Positions 47,698-58,020 of a stretch of DNA of 64,000 bases are shown piece after piece. Position numbers and translations under genes: made by a program. The notes under the pieces were generated by a model that was not told the DNA's origin, searched no databases, and saw nothing but the letters and a program-made list of their open reading frames with translations. Source of the stretch: an uncultured Clostridiaceae bacterium (GTDB lineage Bacteria > Bacillota > Clostridia > TANB77 > CAG-508); the NCBI GenBank assembly GCA_947167695.1, contig CAMVIX010000002.1:1556-65555 (forward strand), written 5' to 3'. Each line of letters starts with the position of its first letter. Position 1 is the first letter of the stretch.

Positions 47698-48051
47698 TTA
47701 GTTACTATTAATATTTTCTATAATTTCCTTACATTCTTTCCAATTTAGCGATTTTATTTGGTTGTAGTCCATACCTATTTTGTCTACTATTTCTTTTGTT
47801 TGATCTGTTGAGCCAAGGTCTGCTACCAAAATCTGTTTAATCATTTCTTCCTTACCATAAATAACTCTAAATAAAAAAGTTCTAAGAAAGCCTTCTATTT
47901 GTTTTTCTTGGTTTTTCGCTGCTACTATTACATAAATTCCATCAGACTTTAGTTTTGTATATGTACATATGTAATATATATTTTTTATTATTTCTATAAG
48001 TCCGTATATTGCAAGTGTGCAAAACAATACTTCTACAAAAAAATTAAGCAT
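47698..48051 (-). CDS. hypothetical membrane protein with a GT2-like N-terminal fragment
   Basis: 117 aa. TM helix, then VIVAAKNQEKQIEGFL...DLGSTDQT, which resembles the start of a family-2 glycosyltransferase. Confidence 0.45.
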   Translation of the reverse strand: MLNFFVEVLFCTLAIYGLIEIIKNIYYICTYTKLKSDGIYVIVAAKNQEKQIEGFLRTFLFRVIYGKEEMIKQILVADLGSTDQTKEIVDKIGMDYNQIKSLNWKECKEIIENINSN

Positions 48052-48105
48052 AATAAACCCTCTTTCTCTTGGGATATATTATGCTTTAATCTGTTTTTTC
48101 GTTCA

Positions 48106-48630
48106 CTATTTTTGAGTGGTTATTAAGTTTTGTATTTCTTCATCATTTTTTATTGTATCGTACACATACTCATATGCCTTTTTATTTTGTGTAACTGCAG
48201 CTATAGCTACATCCTTGTCTTGTCTTAATCTTTTACTTGCATATTTTAATATTATACCTTTGTTTTTAACCGCTTCTAAGACAACATCTTTGTCATCTCT
48301 TAAATTTTCACTTGCATAGTATAAAATTTGTCCGTCTATTTTACAGCCTGCAAGCAATGTTTCTTTATCGTTTAATAATCTTTCACTTGCATAACATGCA
48401 ACCCATCCAGATTTTGATACTGCTTCAAATACTATTTTTTTGTTATCCTTTAATCTGTCACTTGCAAATTCTAATTCAATTCCGTCTTTTTTTACTGCTT
48501 CAAAAGTTATTTCTTCATCATCATGCAGTCTTTCTGATGCAAATTCATATACCCAGGCTTCCTGCTTTACAGCATTTAATATGAATTCCCTATCATCTGC
48601 TTTTTGTAATACTTCTTCTTTGTTATACAT
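48106..48630 (-). CDS. DUF4116 repeat protein
   Basis: 174 aa. Repeated ~30-aa units (FASERL.DDEE...AVKKDG / YASERLLNDKE / YASENLRDDKD / YASKRLRQDKD). Confidence 0.7.
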   Translation of the reverse strand: MYNKEEVLQKADDREFILNAVKQEAWVYEFASERLHDDEEITFEAVKKDGIELEFASDRLKDNKKIVFEAVSKSGWVACYASERLLNDKETLLAGCKIDGQILYYASENLRDDKDVVLEAVKNKGIILKYASKRLRQDKDVAIAAVTQNKKAYEYVYDTIKNDEEIQNLITTQK

Positions 48631-49363
48631 AATACACTTCCATTAAATATAATCCATGCGCTGGTAAGGTTTTACCAGCTTTACTTCTATCTTTTGATTC
48701 TATTATTTCTGGTATTTCTTTTGGAGTTATCTTTCCAAGTCCTACATCTACAAGTGTTCCAGTAAGAATTCTTACCATATTATACATGAATCCATTCCCG
48801 GTGTAATCTATATATATTCTGTCTTCATTATCTTTTTTTATATCTATATTATAAATAATTCTTACACTTGATTTGCTGCTCGTACCACTTGCTCTAAAAG
48901 CTTTGAAATCATGCTCCCCAATAAAAAATTTACTAGCCTCAATCATTTTTTCAATATCTAATTTTATTGGCAGATGATATTCTAAGTCATGGTAAATAGC
49001 ACTAGGCACTTTTGAATTATTTATAATATATCGATATTTTTTCCCTTTGCAATTATATCTTGCATGAAAGTTTTCGTCTACCTCTTCTGCTGATTTTATT
49101 ACAATTGTTTTCTTCAATTTGGAATTAAGTGCAAGTGGAATTTTTTCTAGCGGAATTAGATTTTCTATTTTAAAATTCGCTGTTTGGCCAAAACTATGAA
49201 CTCCAGCGTCTGTTCTACCAGACGCATAGAGTTCAACTTTTTCACCGGTTACATCAAAAATTGCTCTTTCGATTTCACCTTGAATATTCAATTTGTTTGG
49301 TTGCTTTTGCCAACCATTAAAGCCTTTTCCATTATACTCAATTATGATTTTAATGTTTCTCAT
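48623..49363 (-). CDS. truA: tRNA pseudouridine(38-40) synthase TruA
   Basis: 246 aa. GRTDAGVHSFGQ catalytic Asp motif and GNGFMYNMVR. Confidence 0.92.
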   Translation of the reverse strand: MRNIKIIIEYNGKGFNGWQKQPNKLNIQGEIERAIFDVTGEKVELYASGRTDAGVHSFGQTANFKIENLIPLEKIPLALNSKLKKTIVIKSAEEVDENFHARYNCKGKKYRYIINNSKVPSAIYHDLEYHLPIKLDIEKMIEASKFFIGEHDFKAFRASGTSSKSSVRIIYNIDIKKDNEDRIYIDYTGNGFMYNMVRILTGTLVDVGLGKITPKEIPEIIESKDRSKAGKTLPAHGLYLMEVYYV

Positions 49364-49644
49364 TTTGCTCCTTTTTTAGTAGTTGTTTTTTTGCTAACTT
49401 TCTTTTCTTCCTTTTTTTCTTCTGGATCAACAATTCTTACAAGTAAAGTTACTGCTGTAGCAATTGCTATAGAAATAATTGTTCTTATTCCAACCAATTT
49501 TGCAACGCTTGTTCCTAGGAAGCTAAGTAATCCACCATTTGTAGAATATGCCATTGCATCATCTGGTATAAACATGGTCATTACAAAAGCTAGTACAAAT
49601 ACACCTACAAAAACAATTAAACTTGCCTTAGTGTCCTTCTTCAT
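49360..49644 (-). CDS. small membrane protein with a Lys-rich tail
   Basis: 94 aa. Two predicted TM helices. Overlaps truA and cdaA, indicating translational coupling. Confidence 0.5.
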   Translation of the reverse strand: MKKDTKASLIVFVGVFVLAFVMTMFIPDDAMAYSTNGGLLSFLGTSVAKLVGIRTIISIAIATAVTLLVRIVDPEEKKEEKKVSKKTTTKKGAK

Positions 49645-50560
49645 TTTTCTTTTCCTCCTTCGTTTCTATTTTTATTTTATTTTTTAAATTTGAAATCTTC
49701 TTAGGTACAGTGTTTTTATCAAATCCTTGAGTAATCATATTTTTTATTAAAATCTTTTTTAGTGCTTCTTCTTTTAAGTCTGCAATAAGTGTTCCATCTT
49801 TGGCAAGTGATATTTTGCCTGTTTCTTCAGACACAACAATTGCAATGCTATCAGATTCTTTCGAAATACCAATTGCAGCTCTATGCCTTGTTCCTAGTTC
49901 CTTTGCTATATCTTTATCTGAAGCAAGTGGCAACATACAAGCTGCTGCCTTTATTTTATTATCTCCAATAATAACTGCTCCATCATGAAGTGGAGTGTTT
50001 GGTACAAATATATTTACCAATAATTGTGGAGATATTTCACTATCCATTACAATTCCAGTATCTATAATATCCTTTATTTTAATCTCTCTTTCTAGTACAA
50101 TTAAAGCTCCAGTTTTCGTCTTTGCCATTTCAGTTGTAGCAATTACTATTTTGTATATATTTTCTTTTACTTTACTTTGTATATCTTGGTCGAAGCCAAA
50201 AAATTTGCTTATTTTATTCGTACCTAACTGCTCTAAGCCACGCCTTAGCTCTGGTTGAAATATTACTATTAGTATTATAACTCCATATGTCATAATTGAA
50301 GATAGGATAGTGTTTAAAATTCTAAGTTCGAATAATGAGCTAAGCCACATTGCAATTAGCAAAAGTGCAATTCCTTTAAGCAGTTGCCATACTCTCGTCT
50401 TCTTTGCTACCTTCAATAGTTTGTAAATTAGGAAAGTAACTAAAGTAATGTCTATTATTAAAAGTACTAATTTTATAGGATAGTTGTATAAGGTTTCAAT
50501 ATATCCAAGTATATTATTTTCATAGAAATTTGTAAAAGTTTTTCCAAAATTTTCTATCAT
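49628..50560 (-). CDS. cdaA: membrane diadenylate cyclase CdaA (DacA)
   Basis: 310 aa. Three N-terminal TM helices and a DAC domain with TPLHDGAVII and GTRHRAA. Confidence 0.92.
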   Translation of the reverse strand: MIENFGKTFTNFYENNILGYIETLYNYPIKLVLLIIDITLVTFLIYKLLKVAKKTRVWQLLKGIALLLIAMWLSSLFELRILNTILSSIMTYGVIILIVIFQPELRRGLEQLGTNKISKFFGFDQDIQSKVKENIYKIVIATTEMAKTKTGALIVLEREIKIKDIIDTGIVMDSEISPQLLVNIFVPNTPLHDGAVIIGDNKIKAAACMLPLASDKDIAKELGTRHRAAIGISKESDSIAIVVSEETGKISLAKDGTLIADLKEEALKKILIKNMITQGFDKNTVPKKISNLKNKIKIETKEEKKNEEGH

Positions 50561-50576
50561 ATATTACCTCGTATTT

Positions 50577-50687
50577 TTATGCAAAAATATAATATAACAA
50601 CGTTCCAACAGTACCCAAAACCATAAGTCCTGCAAGAATACCTGCTATTATTCTAGTTGCAATTTTTCCTTTATCATGTTGCTTCAT
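50577..50687 (-). CDS. possible 36-aa single-TM peptide
   Basis: Unlisted small ORF MKQHDKGKIATRIIAGILAGLMVLGTVGTLLYYIFA. The RBS is weak. Confidence 0.3.
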   Translation of the reverse strand: MKQHDKGKIATRIIAGILAGLMVLGTVGTLLYYIFA

Positions 50688-50787
50688 TTTCAGTTTTCCT
50701 TCTTTCTTTTTTCTTACGATAGTAGTGTATCACAAGAAAATATTTTTTTCAACAGTTTAGAAATTTTTTTTTAACAAGTGTGATGTT

Positions 50788-53406
50788 TTACAGCCATTCT
50801 CCACGTATTTTTATATAGATTTTCTTAAAAACTTGTATAAATATAATATAAACTAATACAAGTCCTACTATCCATCCCATATACGAATATGGTAGCTTAT
50901 TTAAATCAAATATTCCTGCAATATCTGAAAACGCAATTATAAGAGTTACAAGTGTAATTGCAAACGTTGATATTAGTAATTCTTTTGAAGACTTACTTTG
51001 TATAAATGGAACTTTGTGTGTTCTTATCATGTGAATTATGATTGTTTGAGAAATTATTCCAAATGCAAACCAACCTGTTTGGAATAGCACTGCTTTTTCA
51101 GGTGTATTAAGTTTAAATATAAACCATAATACTGCAAAGCAAGCTACATCTAGTGCAACACTTATCGTTCCAAAGGCAAACATAAAATTTTTTATACCTT
51201 TTGTATCCCATTTCTTTGGCTTTTCTAGATATTCTTTGTCTACGTTATCAAACGGCATACCTATTTGAGCAAAGTCACAAAGCAAGTTCTGTATTAAAAT
51301 ATGAATTGGAAGAAGTGGCAAAAAAGGTAAAAATATGCTTGCAATTATAACAGAAACCATGTTTCCGAAGTTTCCACTTGTCGCCATTTTGATATATTTT
51401 AAAACATTTGTAAATGTTTTTCTTCCATTTACAACACCCTCTTCAAGTACGTTTAAATCCTTTTCTAAAAGGATAATATCTGCAGTTTCCTTTGCAATAT
51501 CAACAGCTGTATCCACAGAAATTCCTACGTCTGCTTGTTTAAGTGGCGGACTATCGTTTATTCCGTCTCCCATATACCCTACTGTGTTGCCATTTTCTTG
51601 ATAAATTCTTACTATTCTTTGCTTTTGAAGTGGAGAAAGTTTAGAATATAGGTGGCAATCCTTTACCTTTTCTTTTAGTTCTTCGTCTGTCATTTTTTCT
51701 ATTTGCTTTCCATTAAGCCTTCCTGCAACCTTTATTCCAACTTTTTTGCAAACATTTAGTGCAACACCTTCGCTATCTCCTGTTAATACTACTGTATCTA
51801 CTCCGTGATTTTTAAGAGCTTCTATTGCCTGTCTAGCACTTGCTTTTGGCGGATCGAGGAATGCAACAAAACCAATTAGTACCATATTCGTTTCGTCTCC
51901 CACACCAAATGTTTCTATTCCATGAATTTCATTTTTTTGCGCTATTGCTAAAACTCTGAGTCCATCATCATTATTTTTCTCATATACTTTGTACGCCTTC
52001 TCTCTTAATTCTTCCGTAAGAGGAATAGCTTCCCCATCAATATCTATAAATGAACAAATAGACATTATTTCATCAACAGCACCCTTTGTAATTAACTGTC
52101 TCTTTCCGTTATCGTCTCTTAAAACTACACTCATTCTACGTCTTGTAAAGTCAAATGGAATCTCGTCTTCTCTTACATACTTTGCCTTTAGAATATTTAG
52201 TTTTTCTTTTTCTGCTCTTGAAATTATTGCTACATCTATTAAATTCTTAAGCCCTGTTTGAAAATAGCTATTTAAAAAAGCGTGTCTTAATATCCTAATA
52301 TTTTCGTTACCAGATGTGTCCATGTATTTTTCCAGAACTATTTCGTCTTCTGTTAAAGTTCCCGTTTTATCTGTGCATAAAATGTTCATTTCCCCAAATG
52401 TTTGAATTGCACTTAATCTTTTTACAATAGTTTTCTTTTTAGACATCTCCACAGCACCTTTTGCCATAGTTGATGTCATTATAACTGGTAACATCTCTGG
52501 TGTAAGTCCTACTGCAATTGTTATTGCGAAGATAAGTGAACTCCATAGGTCACCTTTTGTAAAGATGTTTATTGCAAGAATTATAGGAAGCATTACAACC
52601 ATAAATTTAATAAGCAGTTTACTTACATTGTCTATACCTTTTTCAAAACTGTTCTTTTCATTTACACTGTGAAGTGATTTTGCCATACTTCCAAAATACG
52701 TATCTGCTCCAGTTGCTAATACTATTGCCGTTGATGAACCACTTACTACGTTTGTTCCCATAAAACCTATGTTTGAAATATCCGTTATGGCTCCGTCATT
52801 CTTTATGCTTGTAAACTTTTCTACAGGATTCGATTCTCCTGTAAGTGAAGCTTGGTCTATAAATAAGTCCTTTGCCTCTAAAAATCGTACGTCTCCTGGA
52901 ATCATATCACCTGAAGAAAGCTTTACAATATCTCCAGGAACTATATCTTCTACATTTACCTCATAAGGCACTTCATCTCTTATTACATCTATCTTGTTCG
53001 TAATTAAACTTTTTAGCTGTTTTGCAGCATTATCAGATTTTGTTTCCTGTACTAAGGAAATAATTGCCGAAATTATTACTGTACCAATAATAAGAAAAAA
53101 AGTTGCATAATCTTTTTCTGTTGCAATCACCACATCTGTAATAAATGTAATAATTGCCACAATAATTAAAACAATATTAAACGGATTAATTATTGCATCT
53201 TTAATTTTTGATAAAATAGTATGATTTTCTTCAAAATCTATAATATTTTTACCATATTCATCAAGCAAATCATCAATGTCGACAATACTTAGTCCATTTA
53301 TAGAAGATTTAAGCTCTGCAAATAACTCTTCTTTTGAAATCTTGCTAAATCTTTTTAATAGCTCTTCAGCTTGCTTTTGGCTTACATTGTCGCTGCTCTT
53401 CTTCAT
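50788..53406 (-). CDS. mgtA: magnesium-translocating P-type ATPase (MgtA-like)
   Basis: DKTGTLT phosphorylation motif, TGES, MGDGINDSPPLKQADVGISV, and MgtA-like N- and C-termini. Start set to ATG 53406 after AGGTGGTG. Confidence 0.9.
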   Translation of the reverse strand: MKKSSDNVSQKQAEELLKRFSKISKEELFAELKSSINGLSIVDIDDLLDEYGKNIIDFEENHTILSKIKDAIINPFNIVLIIVAIITFITDVVIATEKDYATFFLIIGTVIISAIISLVQETKSDNAAKQLKSLITNKIDVIRDEVPYEVNVEDIVPGDIVKLSSGDMIPGDVRFLEAKDLFIDQASLTGESNPVEKFTSIKNDGAITDISNIGFMGTNVVSGSSTAIVLATGADTYFGSMAKSLHSVNEKNSFEKGIDNVSKLLIKFMVVMLPIILAINIFTKGDLWSSLIFAITIAVGLTPEMLPVIMTSTMAKGAVEMSKKKTIVKRLSAIQTFGEMNILCTDKTGTLTEDEIVLEKYMDTSGNENIRILRHAFLNSYFQTGLKNLIDVAIISRAEKEKLNILKAKYVREDEIPFDFTRRRMSVVLRDDNGKRQLITKGAVDEIMSICSFIDIDGEAIPLTEELREKAYKVYEKNNDDGLRVLAIAQKNEIHGIETFGVGDETNMVLIGFVAFLDPPKASARQAIEALKNHGVDTVVLTGDSEGVALNVCKKVGIKVAGRLNGKQIEKMTDEELKEKVKDCHLYSKLSPLQKQRIVRIYQENGNTVGYMGDGINDSPPLKQADVGISVDTAVDIAKETADIILLEKDLNVLEEGVVNGRKTFTNVLKYIKMATSGNFGNMVSVIIASIFLPFLPLLPIHILIQNLLCDFAQIGMPFDNVDKEYLEKPKKWDTKGIKNFMFAFGTISVALDVACFAVLWFIFKLNTPEKAVLFQTGWFAFGIISQTIIIHMIRTHKVPFIQSKSSKELLISTFAITLVTLIIAFSDIAGIFDLNKLPYSYMGWIVGLVLVYIIFIQVFKKIYIKIRGEWL

Positions 53407-53596
53407 AAATTTCACCACCTATTTTCCACATTTGGGTTTCCACAAATATTGACAAGGATTGGATGTTTAGCATGACCTATGTTATCAGCATATTCTAAAT
53501 ACAACTCCTACTCTATTTTCGCACTTATTATAATACTGTGCATAAATTCCATTTATTTTATGCATAAATTTTTCATTTCACTCAAGTTTTCTACAT

Positions 53597-53631
53597 GAGA
53601 CGCGTCCTCAAGCAATTTTAAGACGCGTCTC
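53597..53631 (-). terminator. hairpin after the DUF853 gene
   Basis: gagacgcgtc ... gacgcgtctc (10-bp GC-rich arms). No clear T-run. Confidence 0.4.
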
Positions 53632-53642
53632 CAAATGTGGAA

Positions 53643-55148
53643 TTATTTAAAAAATCCTTTAAAAATAGCATTTCCTAATTTTCTTCCTATTGTGCCTAAG
53701 GCTGCATTTGCTGTTTTTTCGAAGGCTTTTTCAGCTGCTGTTTTTTTCTGTTTGCCACCAGTTGTTCCGCTTTTTCCTGTTCCACTTTCTTTTGCCTTTT
53801 GTTTTTCTTCTTTTTCTCTTTGCTTTTCTTCTTCTTGTTTAGCCTTTTCAGCTTCTTTTTCTTCCATTTCTGCTTTTATTTTTTCATATGCCGTTTCTCT
53901 ATCTACTGCTACATCATACTTTCCTCTATATGGACTTTGATTCATAACCATAAGTCTTGTGCTGTCATCTATAGCTCCCATGTTACTTTGTGGTGGGAGA
54001 ATTGTAGCTTTTTGAACTATACTAGGCTCGCCTTTTTCGTTTACAAATGAGATAAGAGCTTCTCCTGTACCAAGAGACATAATAGCTTCTTCTGTATTAA
54101 ATTCAGAATTTGCTCTAAATGAGCTAGCAACTGCTTTTACTATTTTTTGCTCTGCTGGTGTGTACGCTCTTAAGGTATGCTGAACCCTGTTTCCAAGCTG
54201 TGCTAAAATGTCTCCTGGTATATCCATTGGAGTTTGCGAAATAAAGTATAGTCCTATTCCTTTTGAGCGTATTAGTTTTACCACTTGCGTTACCTGAGTC
54301 AGCATATAATTTGGCATGTCATTGAACAGAAGATGTGCTTCATCAAAGAAAAATACAATTTTAGGTTTGTCTAAATCTCCTACCTCTGGCATATTTTGGT
54401 TTAAGTATGTAAGTAGCCATAGTAAGAAGCTTGAATATAGGTTTGGTTTACTAAATAATTCTACTGCATGTAATATATTTATATTTCCCATTCCATTGCT
54501 ATTTCTCTGTAATAAGTCATTTATATCTATTGAAGGCTCGCCAAAAAACTGATTTGCCCCCTGTTCTTCAAGCATAAGTAAATTTCTCTGTATGCTTCCA
54601 ACACTTTGGGTTGACACATTCCCATAAGTAATTGTATACTTTTGGCGATTGTCCCCAATGTACTGAAGTAATAACCTTAAGTCTTTTAAATCTACTAATT
54701 CTAAGTCGTTATCTTCTGCTATTTTAAATGCTATCGCAAGGACTCCTTCCTGTGCATCTGTTAATCCAAGCATTCTTGCTAAAATAGTAGGTCCAACAGC
54801 CTTTACGGTAGTTCTTATAGGATGCCCACCTCGACCATAAACATCCCAAAATACTGTTGGAAAGCCTTTATATTCAAAATCTGTAATTCCTATTCCATTT
54901 AGCCTTTCAGCAATCTTTTCATTTGCCTGCCCTGGAAGTGGCATTCCTGCCAAATCCCCTTTTACATCTGCTAAAAACACAGGTACACCTGCTGCTGAAA
55001 AACTCTCTGCCATAACCTTTAAGGTAATAGTTTTTCCACTTCCTGACGCACCTGTAATTAGTCCATGTCTGTTTGCTTTATCGAGCAAAATAGACATTTC
55101 ATTTTCTGTTCCTCTTTTCCCTACCACTATTTTATTATCTGTATACAT
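53643..55148 (-). CDS. HerA-like ATPase, DUF853 (YjgR) family
   Basis: 501 aa. Walker A GASGSGKT, FFFDEAH Walker B, and a Lys/Glu-rich C-terminal tail. Confidence 0.8.
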   Translation of the reverse strand: MYTDNKIVVGKRGTENEMSILLDKANRHGLITGASGSGKTITLKVMAESFSAAGVPVFLADVKGDLAGMPLPGQANEKIAERLNGIGITDFEYKGFPTVFWDVYGRGGHPIRTTVKAVGPTILARMLGLTDAQEGVLAIAFKIAEDNDLELVDLKDLRLLLQYIGDNRQKYTITYGNVSTQSVGSIQRNLLMLEEQGANQFFGEPSIDINDLLQRNSNGMGNINILHAVELFSKPNLYSSFLLWLLTYLNQNMPEVGDLDKPKIVFFFDEAHLLFNDMPNYMLTQVTQVVKLIRSKGIGLYFISQTPMDIPGDILAQLGNRVQHTLRAYTPAEQKIVKAVASSFRANSEFNTEEAIMSLGTGEALISFVNEKGEPSIVQKATILPPQSNMGAIDDSTRLMVMNQSPYRGKYDVAVDRETAYEKIKAEMEEKEAEKAKQEEEKQREKEEKQKAKESGTGKSGTTGGKQKKTAAEKAFEKTANAALGTIGRKLGNAIFKGFFK

Positions 55149-55270
55149 TCTTTTCCCCTTTCATATTTTATTAAATTTGGTAATATACTAAAATCGAATC
55201 ACCTTGTTTATTAAAATTTTTCTACATAAAAAGTTTATCATAAAAGAGATTATTTTACAATATATAGCTA

Positions 55271-55310
55271 AAAATTTGGGGACAGGTTTACAGGCCTATC
55301 CCCAAATTTT
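55271..55310 (-). terminator. rho-independent terminator after rplQ
   Basis: aaaatttGGGGACagg-tttac-aggcctatCCCCaaatttt. Confidence 0.55.
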
Positions 55311-55319
55311 TAAATATTT

Positions 55320-55853
55320 TTATAAAATTTCTAATATAGCAACTTCTGCTCCGTCTCCACGTCTTGGTCCAGCTTTAAGAATTCTTGTGTATCCACCATT
55401 TCTTCCTTCTTGCTTTGGAGCTATCTCATTAAATAGTTTTGCTGTTAAATCAACAGTTTTTCCTTCGCTGTCTGTTACTTTATTAAGTTTTGCCATCATT
55501 TTTCTTCTAGCATTTAATCTTGATGGCATATCTTTTTGTCTTTTTTCTGTTACTTCTTCTTTTACTACTTTTAAATATTCTTTACCATTTTTGCTAGTAG
55601 CTTTTTCTGTTACTTTATTTCCTTTATCGTCTAATTTTGCTTTTTTTACCTTTACTTCTACTTCTTCAAAGTTGTCTTTTTCTTTAATAGCTAATGCAAT
55701 TAAAGAATCAGCAATAGATTTAACTTCTTTTGCTCTTTGCAAAGTAGTTTCTATTTTACCATGCCAAATTAAGTCAGTAGTCTGTGTTTTAAGCATTGCT
55801 AATCTTTGGTCTGTTGTTCTTCCTAATTTTCTATTTGTAGCCAATTTTTTCAC
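55320..55853 (-). CDS. rplQ: 50S ribosomal protein L17 with a large internal Lys/Glu-rich insertion
   Basis: RKLGRTTDQRLAML at the N-terminus and GGYTRILKAGPRRGDGAEVAILEIL at the C-terminus. It is 177 aa, against about 115-130 for typical L17. Confidence 0.9.
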   Translation of the reverse strand: MKKLATNRKLGRTTDQRLAMLKTQTTDLIWHGKIETTLQRAKEVKSIADSLIALAIKEKDNFEEVEVKVKKAKLDDKGNKVTEKATSKNGKEYLKVVKEEVTEKRQKDMPSRLNARRKMMAKLNKVTDSEGKTVDLTAKLFNEIAPKQEGRNGGYTRILKAGPRRGDGAEVAILEIL

Positions 55854-55864
55854 CTTCCTTTTTG

Positions 55865-56812
55865 TTACTCTTCGTCTTCAGCGAAGTCTAGTCCTAGTGC
55901 ATGTAACTTATTTGTTACTTCATCTAATGATTTTTTGCCTAAATTACGAACTTTCATCATGTCTGAGCCTGATTTGTTTGCTAAATCTTGTACTGTTGAT
56001 ATTCCAGCACGTTTTAAACAATTGTATGATCTAACAGATAACTCCAATTCTTCAATTGGCATTTCTAATACTTTACCCTTTTTAGAATCCTCTTTCTCTA
56101 TCATAACTTGAGTATTTTTTGCAGTTTCTGATAAATCTATAAATAAGCTTAAATGCTCAGTCATAACTTTTGCAGCTAAACTTAAAGCTTCATATGGTTT
56201 AAGGCTTCCATCTGTCCATACTTCGATTGTTAATTTGTCGTAATCAACCATTTGACCAACTCTAGTATTATCTACTGAGTAATTGACTTTTTTTACTGGT
56301 GTGTAAATAGAGTCAATTGGTAATACATCTATTGCTTGATTTGGTTTCTTGTTTTTCTCAGCAGTATTGTATCCTCTACCCATATCTGCTGTCATTTCCA
56401 TTTTTAAGCTTCCACCTTCTGCAACAGTTGCAATATGTACTTCTGGATTTAATACCTCTACAGAGCTATCTGTGATAATGTCTGCAGCTGTAACTTCTCC
56501 TTCTCCTTTAAAGTCTATTCGAAGTGTCTTTTCCTCATTATCATGAAGCTTTAATCTTACGTTCTTAAGATTAACAATAATCTCTGGAACGTCTTCTACT
56601 ACATTTGGTATAGTAGAGAATTCGTGTACCACGCCTTCTATTTTTATGCTTGTTATAGCGGCACCTGGTAGCGATGATAATAAAATTCTTCTTAAAGAAT
56701 TTCCTATTGTCATACCATATCCACGTTCTAATGGTTCACATACAAATTTTGCATAGTTTTTTTCTTCATCTAACCCCAAGCATTCAATATTTGGCTTTTC
56801 GAATTCAATCAT
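55865..56812 (-). CDS. rpoA: DNA-directed RNA polymerase subunit alpha
   Basis: 315 aa. [25 protein letters not shown] and a C-terminal domain [16 protein letters not shown]. Confidence 0.96.
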   Translation of the reverse strand: MIEFEKPNIECLGLDEEKNYAKFVCEPLERGYGMTIGNSLRRILLSSLPGAAITSIKIEGVVHEFSTIPNVVEDVPEIIVNLKNVRLKLHDNEEKTLRIDFKGEGEVTAADIITDSSVEVLNPEVHIATVAEGGSLKMEMTADMGRGYNTAEKNKKPNQAIDVLPIDSIYTPVKKVNYSVDNTRVGQMVDYDKLTIEVWTDGSLKPYEALSLAAKVMTEHLSLFIDLSETAKNTQVMIEKEDSKKGKVLEMPIEELELSVRSYNCLKRAGISTVQDLANKSGSDMMKVRNLGKKSLDEVTNKLHALGLDFAEDEE

Positions 56813-56828
56813 TTTTTACCTCCTTAAC

Positions 56829-56933
56829 TAGATGTTAGATATTAGATGTTAGATGTTAGATGTGAAAGTATTTTAACCTTCCAAATCTAATTTCTAATAC
56901 TAATTCTAACTTCCAACTTCTAATCTCTAACCT
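56829..56933. repeat. heptamer tandem repeats forming an imperfect inverted repeat in the rpsD-rpoA spacer
   Basis: Five copies of TAGATGT (second copy TAGATAT) at 56829-56863. About eight degenerate NTTCTAA/ATCTAA units at 56884-56933. TTAGAT and ATCTAA are complementary. Confidence 0.8.
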
Positions 56934-57560
56934 CTATTTAGAGTATAATTCTACGATTAAGTGCTCTTCTACTGGGATGTCTATATCTTCTCTTGCAGCA
57001 AGTCTTATAACTTTGCCACTTAAAGACTTCTCATCTTTTTCAAGCCATGCAGGAATTGGTCTTGCGCTATTTGCCTCAACATTTTCCTTTATAATTTTGC
57101 TATCTTTTCTTATTTCTCTTACCTTTATTTCGTCTCCAGCTTTTACTAGGTAAGATGGAATATCTACTTTTTGTCCATTTACTTCGAAATGTCCATGAGT
57201 AATAAGCATTCTAGCTTGTGCTCTTGAGCTTCCATATCCTAAACGATATACAACATTGTCTAATCTGCTTTCTAATAATTGAAGTAAAACTTCACCAGTA
57301 ATACCTTTTTTGCTTTCAGCAATTTCAAAATATCTTCTAAATTGTTTTTCTCCAACACCATAAAATGCCTTTGTTTTTTGTTTTTCTCTTAATTGCGTAC
57401 CATACTCAGAAAGCTTTTTCTTTTTTTGGCCATGTTGTCCAGGTGCATAGTTTCTTCTTGTTATACTGCATTTGTCTGTATAGCATCTTTCACCTTTTAA
57501 GAACAATTTTTGTCCTTCTCTACGGCAAATACGGCATTGTTCATCTTTATATCTTGCCAT
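56934..57560 (-). CDS. rpsD: 30S ribosomal protein S4
   Basis: 208 aa. [17 protein letters not shown]-terminus and an S4 domain. Confidence 0.96.
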   Translation of the reverse strand: MARYKDEQCRICRREGQKLFLKGERCYTDKCSITRRNYAPGQHGQKKKKLSEYGTQLREKQKTKAFYGVGEKQFRRYFEIAESKKGITGEVLLQLLESRLDNVVYRLGYGSSRAQARMLITHGHFEVNGQKVDIPSYLVKAGDEIKVREIRKDSKIIKENVEANSARPIPAWLEKDEKSLSGKVIRLAAREDIDIPVEEHLIVELYSK

Positions 57561-57593
57561 TTTATATTTTCTCCTCTCTTCTCTAACTATTTT

Positions 57594-57995
57594 CTACACT
57601 CTTCTTCTTTTTGGTGGTCTGCAACCATTATGAGGAATTGGTGTTACATCTTTAATCATGCTGATTTCTAAACCAGCTGTTTGAAGCGAACGAATTGCTG
57701 CTTCACGACCAGAACCTGGTCCTTTTACATAAACTTCTACAGTTTTAAGTCCGTGTTCCATAGCAGCTTTTGCTGCTGTTTCAGCTGCTTCTCCAGCTGC
57801 AAATGGTGTACTTTTTCTTGAACCTTTGAATCCTAGTTCTCCAGCACTTGCCCATGATAGAACATTTCCTTGAGTATCTGTAATAGTAACGATTGTATTG
57901 TTAAAACTAGAATGGATATGTGCTGCACCTTTTTCAATGTTTTTTCTATCTCTTCTTCTAGTCGTTGTTCTTTTAGTTACATTTTTTGTAGCCAT
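57594..57995 (-). CDS. rpsK: 30S ribosomal protein S11
   Basis: 133 aa. [10 protein letters not shown] and [20 protein letters not shown]. Confidence 0.96.
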   Translation of the reverse strand: MATKNVTKRTTTRRRDRKNIEKGAAHIHSSFNNTIVTITDTQGNVLSWASAGELGFKGSRKSTPFAAGEAAETAAKAAMEHGLKTVEVYVKGPGSGREAAIRSLQTAGLEISMIKDVTPIPHNGCRPPKRRRV

Positions 57996-58020
57996 TTTTT
58001 GAAATTTCCTCCTTTTTTAA

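Noticed and set aside
53407-53642. Possible Mg2+ (M-box) riboswitch in the 236-nt leader of mgtA.
   Set aside because: - I could not find the conserved M-box elements, such as the GGTGAGG-type segment, by eye.
- The only visible features are repeated TTATGCATAAA-like AT-rich words and the upstream gene's hairpin.
- A covariance-model search would be needed to settle this.
56829-56863. Tandem repeats considered as a CRISPR array or coding repeat.
   Set aside because: The units are only 7 nt with no spacers, and no cas genes are present. The repeats lie in a 121-nt intergenic spacer.
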